A stretch of DNA of 64,000 nt, taken from assembly GCA_951406725.2 (NCBI GenBank), contig OX597827.1, positions 2,666,001 through 2,730,000 on the forward strand, written 5' to 3'. Numbering within the stretch: the stretch's first letter is position 1; every line of letters begins with the position of its first letter. Positions 53,732-64,000 of this stretch are shown here, one piece after another. Made by a program: the position numbers and the translations under genes. Under the pieces are notes generated by a model, which saw only the letters and a program-made list of their open reading frames with translations, was not told the DNA's origin and did not search any database. The DNA is from Octopus vulgaris. Lineage: Eukaryota.

Positions 53732-55058
53732 CACATATTGAGCTTCTGCACTCTTTCCTCCTCCCAAAATTTATTTCCCAAGCAATCACCATCCCAAAAC
53801 TGCCGAATAGAAAAACATGCTGAAGGCGCTGTGCACTGGGCTGGAACCTGGAACCGAGTGGTTATGAAGAGCGCTTCTCCATCTGCACGTATTCCTAATT
53901 GTCATCCATTGTCCAAAAATCGCAGCTTTTTATTATTATTGATTTTTATATTTAATAATGTTTTATCCTTACAATTCCCATCACACACGCACATCCTAAC
54001 CAGATATTCTCTTACATGTCGTATTGCTACGAGTGTTTTATCGTATGAATAGTATCGTCCCTTTAAGACAACGCCATCTCATGAGATAGAGTTTCTTATG
54101 AGCATTCTTTGTATTTCTGTTATAAAGATGGAAAATTATAAACTAAGGTAGGGGGGGGGTTGAGGGTGATGATTGTTGGTGTCTGGTGAGACTTGAGACA
54201 GCGAACCACGGCCTGACATCTAGTTAATATGACCAGCTTTATAATGTAAAATAATGTAGGTCTGCGTGGCAGAGGCAGGTTAGATAGATGGGGCAAACTT
54301 TTGCAGCATATCTAGAAATCAATAGCAACAATAAATAAGTATCGACCAACAAGCCAAGTAACTGTATAAAAATATGATAAACGGTGGGCATTTCTGGAGA
54401 ATAATAAGACAAACGTCTTCTTTATAATCGCCAATTTATGATAGCAACTCTCGAGAGGACAAAATTGTAGTCATTTGTTGAAACTATGGAGATTAAATTC
54501 GGAGAAATAAAATGCAGCTCTGGTATGGCGCTTGTTGAATTGTATATTCAAATATGTTTCTCTTCGTCTTGTCCATCCGGTGATAAAATACATTAGTTTC
54601 AGCTGCAGAATTAATTCTAATGTACGATGATGAAGTGGAGATGAGAGAAAAAATGATGAACAAAAATCTTATCAAGGGAAGCAACTCTATATGGCCTTAA
54701 TTATCATTTATAGCATCTTCGCTTATTTTCTCAATACTTGAACTAAAAAAAAAGGTTCTTCAATTACGTAAAAATGAGTAAAAATATGACGGGGACTTCA
54801 AGAATGGTGTATCAAAATGAATATATGAAGGAGCCTTTAGTCTTATGAATAATAATTAAATTTAAGCTGTTTGTGAAAGTTGAACAACGAAGAAAATTGT
54901 ATTCGAAGTAGATTAAGTGCTTCACACACGCACACATCGTATTTACTTGCGTATAAGTTGCACTATCTTATACTTGGTTATAAAAGGGGAAAAAAACTGG
55001 TATGCCACACACATACAGGTAAATACGGTGTGCTTGTATAAATGTGCGTGTGTATATG

Positions 55059-55453
55059 GGCGCAGGTGTGGTAGTGTGGTAAGTAGCTTGCTTACCAGCC
55101 ACATGGTTTCGGGTTCAGTCCCACTGCGTAACACCTTGGACAAGTGTCTTCTACTATAACACTATAACATCGGGCTGACCAACGCCTTGTGAGTAGATTT
55201 GGTAGACGGAAACTGAAAGAAGCCTGTCATATATATATATATATATATATATAAATTTGTGTGTCTGTGTTTGTCCCCCACCATCGCTTGACAACCGATG
55301 TTGGTGTGTTTACGTCCCAGTAACTTAGCGGTTCGGCAAAGAGACCAATAGAATAAGTATTAGATTTACAAAGAATAAGTTCTGGGGTCGATCTGTTCGA
55401 CTAAAGGCAGTGCTTCAGCATGGCCACAGTCAAATGACTGAAACAAATAGAAT
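55059..55453 (+). mobile_element. Family B SINE, full length
   Basis: Reverse-complement homologue of 51742-52187. Confidence 0.9.
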
Positions 55454-56281
55454 ACGCATGCGTGTGTGTGTGTGTGTTTATATATCTATGCACGTGCACA
55501 CACTTAATATGTAGAATTGGAAAAGAAATAATGTAATTAGACTGATGAAGGAAACTTGTATTCTGTGTACTAAAAAGGTGAACTAAAAAATCTCAAGGGG
55601 CTGAAAAACTCCATCCAGGCGTAGCTGTGCGCTAAGAAGCTTCCTTCCCAATCACACGGTTCCGAGTTCAGTCCTACTGCGTGGCATCTTGGGTAAGTGT
55701 CTTCTGCTATAGACTCGAGCCGGCCAAAGTCTTGTGAGTGGATGTAGTCGGTGGAAACCGAAAAAAGGCAGTTATATATTAAAAAAAAAAAAAAAGAACA
55801 AAAACGCAATAGAGGACAAAACATCCGGACAGGTAGACGATACAAAGGCGGACAGGCAGACGATACAAGGGCGGACAGGAAAAGCAACAAATAGAGAGAC
55901 AAGAAGAAAAAAAAAGACGGATCATTCGTGGCCTTTTCTCCTAAGTCTAGTTTCCAGATTGTCCTAACAGTTTCGGGCAATTACATTTGAGACTGGTGAC
56001 AACCAGATTTGAACAGTCACCTGATTGACCCATCCGTCGGAATCATCTTAAAGTAAAACATAAACAAGTAAGATGGAAACAAAGAAGTCCTCACTACCGT
56101 CTAGAAATCCTACATAGTACTGGGCTATTTGTACATGAGGTATTCTACTCATTAAGTGTTATGCACAAAACGTGTAAGATGTTAAATTACTGAACAATTT
56201 CACTCAGTAAAAGTTGAAATGAAATGCTCGAGGCACATCATATGAAAATGTTACTTTTTCCAAACAATATTCTTGCGATCG

Positions 56282-56422
56282 GCCTTGTCACATCATCCTG
56301 TGATAAGCCTGGTCACATCATCCTGTGATAAGCCTGGTCACATCATCCTGTGATAAGCCTGGTCACATCATCCTGTGATAAGCCTTGTCACATCATCCTG
56401 TGATAAGCCTGGTCACATCATC
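56282..56422 (+). repeat. 25-bp minisatellite, 5.6 copies (GCCTGGTCACATCATCCTGTGATAA)
   Basis: Direct reading; only a G/T variant at unit position 5; no spacers. Confidence 0.95.
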
Positions 56423-57112
56423 AGTGAAGCTTCTTGCAGTATTTCGAGGTTTTCTTCATCAGATACCCTCACCGAGGCGGTCCAGCTGGACTTGATCAAG
56501 CTCTATGTGTCCAATTAGCAACTTCCCTGTTAGCACTGGCCCTTCCAAGGCTCGCATCTCCTGATACACAATCACCTTGAGGCAACCTCAGCTGCATCCA
56601 CAATCAACCAGATGGCTTTCTACCTTCCAGCCCTTGTGATGCCAAGCATGTTGGTATGAAAATGATGGATCGTTTTAAATTTTGACACAAGGCCGGCAGT
56701 TTTAGGGCAGGGCTAAGTCGATTATATCTACCCCAGTTTTCAACTGGCACTTATTTCATCGACCCCCAAAACCTCGAAAGAATAAAAGGCAAAGTTGACC
56801 TTGGCGGAATTTGAGATATATATATATATATAGAATGCAGTAGCGGTCATGATATAAGGGTCAGTAAGTACACGTTTATTGAAATAGTCATTATAGAAGA
56901 TTAACTAACAACGCGTTGAGACTAGATATTCTACACATTTAGATCTACGTTAATATCTGTCTTACGTGAAAACTTAAAGTGAACGGAATAAATATTTCGT
57001 AAGCTATGAGGAAATAAACAAGCGATCTTCCAAATTTGCAGCGGCTAAAAGTTAAGGGTCTCTTAGAAAAAAGTGAACTGCTAACTGTTAATTCTTATGA
57101 TCTTAGATTATT

Positions 57113-57328
57113 TATTTCTTTACTACCCACAAAGGGCTAAACAAGGACATAGAAAGGGATTAAATCGATTACATCGACCCCAGTGCGTAACTGGTACTTA
57201 ATTTATCGACCCCGAAAGGATGAAAGGCAAAGTCGACCTCGGCGGAATTTGAACCCAGAACGTAACTGCAGACGAAATACGGCTACGCATTTCGCCCGGC
57301 GTGCTAACGTTTCTGCCAGCTCGCCGCC
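57113..57328 (-). mobile_element. Family A SINE inserted in the Tc1 5' leader
   Basis: 9-bp TSD TAGATTATT (57104-57112 / 57329-57337). Confidence 0.92.
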
Positions 57329-57356
57329 TAGATTATTGGAACATTCAACCGTCAAC

Positions 57357-58249
57357 ATGGCAGCTTGTGAGAGACGATCGGTGTCCTGTGATGAAAAACA
57401 AAAGATTGTGTGTCTTCACCAAAAGGGCAAGACAAATTCTGTGATAGCAACTACTGTAGGAAGGTCTAGAAGTGTTGTGCAACGAATTGTAGCTCGTTTT
57501 AAGTCTTCAGGATCGTCAGATGCTAAACCTAAAACCGGTGCTGAGATATCCCGCGAGTTAAGCTCCGCTTCGGATGTCAACGTATCGTGCAAAACAGTTT
57601 CCCGGAGGTTAAGTGGTTCTGGGTTGCTTGCTTGGGCATCGGCAAAGAAATCTCTGGATAGAAGAAGAGTGGTTGCAGATTCATTTTAGCATTGAATCGA
57701 AGTTTAATGTGATTGGCTCCGATGGCGGTATGTACGTCCGACGAAGAAGTGGTAAAAGGTCATCTCGAGCATATGTGAAGAAGACAGTGAAATATGAAGG
57801 ACGCAGTGTAATGATATGGGAAGTGATCTTGGCTGCTGGTTCTGGACCACTTATTCGCCTGCGAGGGACCGTAAATGCTGAAATCTACAAGCAGATTCTT
57901 AGACAGACTGCCCTTCCGCATTTCCGATCCTCGTCAGTTCAACCTCTTCGTGCAGGACAACGCTCCCTGTCACACTGCGAAGAGAGTCAAGGATTTTTTG
58001 AGTGAAGGGGTTAATCTCATGGACCGGCCACCTCAAAGTCCCGATGTCAACCCTATAGAAAACGTTTGGCAAATTATTGGAGACGAGGCGCGAAGGATAA
58101 AACCAAAGAACCAAGATGAACCCTGGGAATTATTGAAAAACGAATGGAACAATATTACTCTATCATTTTGCAAGAAATTAATTCAGCCCTGTGGTAACAG
58201 ATGTCAGGAGGTCATTGATAGTAATGGGGTGTTCACAAAATATTTATAG
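57357..58249 (+). pseudogene. Tc1 (DD34E-type) transposase pseudogene
   Basis: HTH-like N-terminus (IATTVGRSRSVVQRIV), VSRRL, FSIESKF (first catalytic D lost), VMIW, QDNAPCH, PPQSPDVNPIENVW (33 residues between D and E); two frameshifts and internal deletions. Confidence 0.92.
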
Positions 58250-58550
58250 TAAGGGTTTCTTTTTTTTTTTTTTGTTCTTGTTCCATTTTCCATTGTTTTC
58301 TGAGAGAACCTTAACTTTTGTCCATTGCAGTTTGGAAGATTATTTGCTTATTTCCTCGTAACTTAGGAAATATTTATTCCACTCACTTGAAACTTTTACG
58401 AAAGATAGATATTAGATAGATCTAAATACGTGTAAAATATCTGGTCTCAATCTGTTGTTTAATCTACTATAATAAATATTTCAATACACTTGTTCTTACT
58501 GAACTTTATATTATGGCTGCTACTGTGTATGTGTGTGTATATATATATAT

Positions 58551-58893
<343 letters not shown>

Positions 58894-61642
58894 GTATGTG
58901 TGTGTCCGCGCGCGTGTGTAAATGTTTCCCTCTAGCCCCACAATGTTTGTGTTTATATGTTTGATAAATAAAATTTCTGTCAAAAGAGTAACTTATTTAT
59001 ACGATATAGGCTGATCTAGTTGGCCCTTACGCTGGCATTTCCTCGATTATCAGACAGAGTAAATTAGTTGATATCAACATGTGACCGGCCAATCGCACGC
59101 TTTCGGCCATCTGCTGCTTGTCCTACAACCGAACGCATGTTCTCGTTCATCTACTTTCTATGGAACATAGTCTACTTTCCTCATCCATTTCATCCTATCC
59201 GACTAACCGAGAGGACTTTGAGGAAAGTTTAAAGCAGCGTGGGCAAACTGCGTCCCGCGGGACTTTTTTTGAACGTCACGCTTAACTAAAAATTACTTTC
59301 AGTTTTTTTTTTAACAGTGCGGTCCGCCTGATATTAACCATGTCTAATGCGGCCTGCTTCTCGAAAAAGGGTTACCCATGCCTAAGATCAGTTAAAATTG
59401 TATATCTTTTACTTGTTTGAGTAATTTGACTGCGGCCATGCTAGAGCGCCGCATTGAAGGATTGTAGTCGAACAAATCGACTTATTTTTAAGCCTAGTAC
59501 TTATTCCATCGATTCTTTTGATGAATCTCTAGTTCGCTGGGACCTAAACACACCAACTACAGTTGTCAAGAGGTGGGGTGGGGGAACAAACAGACACACA
59601 CACAGAGATATATACGATATATACACACACACACATAGATATATACATACATACATATATATACACGACATGTTTCTTTCGGTTTCCGTCTACCAAATCC
59701 ACTCACTTTAATCGGCCCGAAACTATAGTAGAAGAAACTTTCCCAAGGTGCCTCGCAGTGGGACTGAACTTGAAACCATGTGGTTGGGAAGCAAACTGTT
59801 TACCACACAGCCACGCCTGGATGGAATCTTTCAGCTTCTAGAGATTTGCCCAAGGTGCTGATTGGCGGAATAAAAGCCGAAATCCACCAATTGGTTGCAA
59901 GGCGAACTTCTCTACGAAGCCATGCTGAAACCTACTGGGCATTCAACCATTATTATCAGCTTCCTGGCAATGTTTTACTATTAATCGTCACGTTCTAAAA
60001 GGCCTGGAAGTCTGAATAAAGTTTTCCAGGCCCTAGATATTGAAAGCTAAACAGACAAGCTAACTGGAATCTAGTTTGAGAGATAGAGCTGAGCTTTTGT
60101 AGGTCTCAAGGGGCCTTAAAGCTAATTAAACAGGTAACTCTTCTTCTGTAGCGCCATCAATCACACAAACGTAAGATTCCCCCTTGTACTGTCTGCCAAA
60201 AAGTTTTCTCTTTACTTCTAATGGCTTATATATTATTTAGCAGTTATCAGCAGGTGTTAGAGAGTGTGTGACTATGCATATAATTCCATACGCACACTTT
60301 AGTCTCTCTGTAACGGTGTGTGTGTGTGTGTGTGAAATGCATGTGTACACAATAAATATCTGGTATATGTACATGCGTTATAAAATATGAGTAATGTATG
60401 TATGTGACTGATATAAAGACAACGAGAGACGTGTAGACACATTTGTTCAAGTGCTACTGATGTATGCTATATATATAAACAGGCGCATAGCAAAACGGGA
60501 AGCTGGAAAATTTCTTGGCATTCCTCATTACACATGTTCCATTTTCTAATAGGAATTAATAGAGTTTTACGTGTTAGATTGACATGTAAGGTATTGCCCA
60601 TTAGAAATTCAGACAGAATTAAATAATACAAATTTTACATTTGGATGAAGCGTTTATGTTTATTTAGTAATCAGGTGTTGTATAGATAGTCGGTGTGAAG
60701 GAAGAAAGAGTAAATCAAATAATACAGAAAGCTATACAGCCACATACACACTCACACACGTGTGTCTGAATAGGGATGGCTTTTCTGAAAAGTTTGACCC
60801 TTTAATAATTTAGTTGTTTATAAGTTATTAGGTGTAAGATATGGCTGTGTGGTTAAGAATCCCGCTTTGCAACCACGGGGTTTTGTAATTCAATCTCATT
60901 GCGCGGCATATAGGGCCAGTGTCTTTTACTATTGTCTCGGGCCGATCAATGCCTTTGAGTGAAATCGTTAGACTGAAATTTCGGAAATCTGTGTGTGTAT
61001 CGTTGTGTTCGTCTTTGTCAACCCCAGACCACTTGACAACCGATCCTGGTTTGTTTACGTCCCCATAATGACGCAGTTCAGGAAAGAGACGGTAAAGTAC
61101 CAGACTAAAAAAAAATTTAAAGACTGAGTCCAATTTGTTCGACAAAAGTCTTTTAAGGTGTTGACCCTGAATGTCCACAGTCCAATGAAAAAGATAAATG
61201 CTAAATATATGTGAAGCATGGGGCCGCGTGAATTAAATCGATCTATTAGACGTGTAAGACAGGCAGAGGTTCGCTATCTTCAATTCAGTTTTCGTGTCTA
61301 TCCTCACCGTTGGGTCGTCAATGTTGGGCAATGACCGAAAGAGTACGATGGCGAATTCAAACAAGCAGGCAAAATGCAGTTCGCTCGAGTAGTCTCAGGA
61401 GTAATCGCACTTGACAGGGCGCGTGGAACGGAGATGTGGGTGTCTCTCCAGGTCAAACCGCTACTTCGCATTGAGAGATACTGCGGATATGTAATCAGAA
61501 TGCCGTAGTAAGCAATCACAAAAAGGATTCTTCTACCCGAAACAAACGGCAAGAGATTTAATTTTAGTGAATAAACTGATAATATGGATATTATCCAGCC
61601 AACACGTTCTTAGAATATCCTTAATATTTGTTTGTTTCAAGG

Positions 61643-62062
61643 CGGCGGCGAGCTGGCAGAACCGTTAGCACGCCGGGCGAAATGCGTAGCCGTATTTCGT
61701 CTGCCGTTACGTTCTAAGTTCAAATTCCGCCGAGGTCGACTTTGCCTTTCATCCTTTCGGAGTCGATAAATTAAGTACCAGTTACGCACTGGGGTCGATC
61801 TAATCGACTTAATCCCTTTGTCTGTCCTTGTTTGTCCCTTCTATGTTTAGCCACTTGCGGGGAATAAACAAATAAGAAACGTCAGCACGCTGGGCGAAAT
61901 GCTTAGCGGTATTTCGTCTGTCTTATGTTCTGAATTCAAATACCGCCGAGGGTCAATTTTGCCATTGGGGGTCGGTAAATTAAGTTCCACTTGCGTACAG
62001 GGGTCGATCTGATCGACTAGCTCCTCCCCCAATATTGCGGGCTTTGTGCCTAGAGTAGAAAA
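61643..62062 (+). mobile_element. Family A SINE heterodimer bounded by one TSD
   Basis: Perfect 20-bp direct repeat AATATTTGTTTGTTTCAAGG (61623-61642 / 62063-62082) encloses two units with different tails. Confidence 0.88.
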
Positions 62063-63515
62063 AATATTTGTTTGTTTCAAGGTTTCATGTTTGGAGAAAT
62101 TTCCGGTGCTTTACGTTCCGAGTTCAAATCGCACCGAGGATTTGAGCCCAGAACTTTGCCTTTCATTCCGTCGTGCTTCATAAAAATAAAATACTTTGAT
62201 AAAATAAATACTGAGGTCAATGTAATCGATTTGTCTCGCTCCCTTCAAAATTGCTGGCCTTTAACACTGCAACGTTAGTCTGTCCTTGGTTGTCCCCTCT
62301 GTGTATAGCCCCTTGTGGGCGGTAAAGAAATAGGAAACTAGGTAACCAGCCTCATGAGTCAGAGGAGTCGAGAAAAAATAGCTAGAATCACGTTATTCAG
62401 TGTCCGTCCCCCAATTTTTAAAACAATGAGTTGTGATTCGAGGAACCTTTGATTACTATTTCTAGCAGTCGACCGTGTCTAAATTCCTTCGTTAGTTCCA
62501 CTCTTTAATGTACTGAAGTAGATTCAATCAATTCTATCCCCTACCACTCCTGCATATATCTGGTCAGTGTTAATGTGTGATAGCAATATATTCCTATTAT
62601 CTCCAACCTAATCGTTACCTCCGCCGCTTACCAACCCCTCCACCCACACGTTCCCAGTGCTAGATTGTGATTATTCACTCAATCTATGCATAAACCATTC
62701 AATTCACTCACTCATTCTTTCATTCATACAGTTAACATTTAAGTGCTGCTGATATAATTGAAACTAGTTGTGACAGCCTGCAGTGTGAGATTTTCTGTCT
62801 CTCTACGAGAGCAGGCTTTCTTAACCGGGGATATTGAGTCAGAAGTTGGGGTTATAAAACGCTAAGGTTGATGAATTTGGACATCAAACCTTGGTTGGGG
62901 TACGGCGTCAAAACGTCGGTGGGGTACAGTGGCCAAACGTCACTGGTGTACGGGGAACAAACATTGATAATCTACAGGAGCTGAATGTCGGCAGGTATGG
63001 GATTTTTTTTTTTTTTACCATTGAATAAATTGAACGAAATGCTTAAGATTTCAAATTCCCGCTCTGTTTCTGGTTACAACATGTAAAGTAAAGCCAGTCT
63101 TTTGGCGCCTTTTCAAGTTCTACTAACGCTTAATAGGGTTACTGAGATGGCTTTGATAGTAGTGGTGACGATGAGGATCTCGACACTCTGACGAAGCAAT
63201 AGATATTGGGTATTGTTCACTATGCTGGGTGGGCGTCTTTAACCGTAGAAATATTCAGAACTTCTGTACAAAAGAAATACTTAAATTCAGTATTGAAATT
63301 TAATGAAGATATCGATACATAAATACACGTTCAACTAGAAATAGCAACCCAGTCTCCCCTAAACCACTGTCTTAAGGAACAAAAGGAAAGGACACATGGA
63401 ATTCTGTAGTCTTATGTATATTCATTAGTTAAACTTAAAAAATGCTGGATTGCTTTAGATTAAAAACAAAAGGGAAAATAAGAAAGCTTCTGGCAATGCA
63501 CAAAGCTTTACAGAA

Positions 63516-63552
63516 CCCTTCGTTTCGGGCGTAAAGGCCCGTCCTCAGAAGG
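63516..63552 (-). ncRNA. Degenerate PLE-type hammerhead-like motif
   Basis: CCTT-CTGAGGA-C-GGGC(CTTTAC)GCCC-GAAA-CG-AAGG: core and stems I and II present, but the UH cleavage dinucleotide is missing. Confidence 0.5.
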
Positions 63553-63804
63553 AAATGTTCTGGGAAATGTTTAGGACCTTAGAAAGTTTTTTTTTGTTAA
63601 TTCACGATGGCATTGGGAGTCAACGACACCAATAATGATTTCTGATAGCGACGCAACGCAAGCAAATTCGAAAGGAGCAATCGATAGCAATGACCTTATA
63701 TAAGCTCGAAATGTTAGACGATTCTATTTTTCCTGAGCGTCAAACTTATACACTTTGTGGTTCCTTCTCTTCTCTCTGTTTTTTTTTAATTTTTGCACTA
63801 CATA

Positions 63805-63870
63805 TGGCGTAGTGGTTAAGAGCGCAGGCTACTAACCCCAAGATTCCAAGTTCGATTCCAGACAGTGACT

Positions 63871-63912
<42 letters not shown>

Positions 63913-64000
63913 TCGAAAAATACCTTAGGAATGAGAACTCAGGTTCGAAATTTTCCTAATACACCTGATGAAGGCTGGAAGGTATATCAGCCGAAACGCT
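63805..64000 (+). mobile_element. Family F SINE: tRNA-like head, (AAT)n, PLE-type hammerhead tail; runs off the window end
   Basis: A box TGGCGTAGTGG 63805-63815, B box GTTCGATTCC 63850-63859, ACAC-CTGATGA-A-GGCTG-N10-CAGCC-GAAACG 63961-63998. Confidence 0.82.

Larger units (their letters stand above)
56838..58525 (+). mobile_element. Tc1-like DNA transposon with long (~230 bp) diverged TIRs
   Basis: Left TIR 56838-57070 (CAGTAGCGGTCAT...) and right TIR 58296-58525 (...ATGGCTGCTACTG), enclosing a transposase pseudogene. Confidence 0.92.

Noticed and set aside
54480-54530. MEIKFGEIKC resembling an RT motif of R4/Dong-like elements
   Set aside because: A single short motif with no supporting flanking homology that I could read.
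56282-56422. CRISPR-like appearance of short palindromic repeats (also 30037-30171)
   Set aside because: Units are contiguous with no unique spacers, there are no cas genes and the context is eukaryotic.
56430-56468. Further CTGANGA-A hammerhead-like words (56430-56468 minus; 55542 plus; 63188 plus; ~33610-33655 minus)
   Set aside because: Stem II is weak or GAAA is missing and no stem I pairing is found; too degenerate to call, though they may be old PLE termini.
63805-63870. Possible tRNA genes at SINE heads (also 7830-7901, 28741-28810, 36765-36835)
   Set aside because: A and B boxes are present but acceptor stems do not close, and each continues into a multicopy SINE body.

Overview
Eukaryotic, AT-rich and extremely microsatellite-rich DNA. 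It is most likely from a coleoid cephalopod (Octopus-like); this is inferred from the protocadherin style and SINE content, not from a database search. The only intact host coding sequence is the 5' part of a protocadherin on the minus strand (ATG at 1427, frame open to the window edge; signal peptide, EC1-EC4 and the start of EC5). The ORF track missed it because it has no stop inside the window. The remaining ~62.5 kb lies upstream of a splice acceptor at 1510-1511, so it is 5'-UTR intron and/or upstream intergenic DNA. It contains at least six tRNA-headed SINE families (labelled A-F here), three L1/Tx1-type LINE fragments, an R4/Dong-like RLE LINE 3' end, a decayed Tc1 element with ~230-bp TIRs, mariner-, hAT- and Merlin/MULE-like MITEs with visible TSDs, Penelope-like remnants, fold-back hairpins and minisatellites. 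The most notable observation is a set of Penelope-type minimal hammerhead ribozyme motifs, two of them in the 3' part of a Pol III/tRNA-headed SINE (family F). A ~186-bp triplicated repeat with perfect DR4 nuclear-receptor sites and clear SINE head/tail swapping are also notable. Almost all ORFs in the supplied track are microsatellite translation artefacts.
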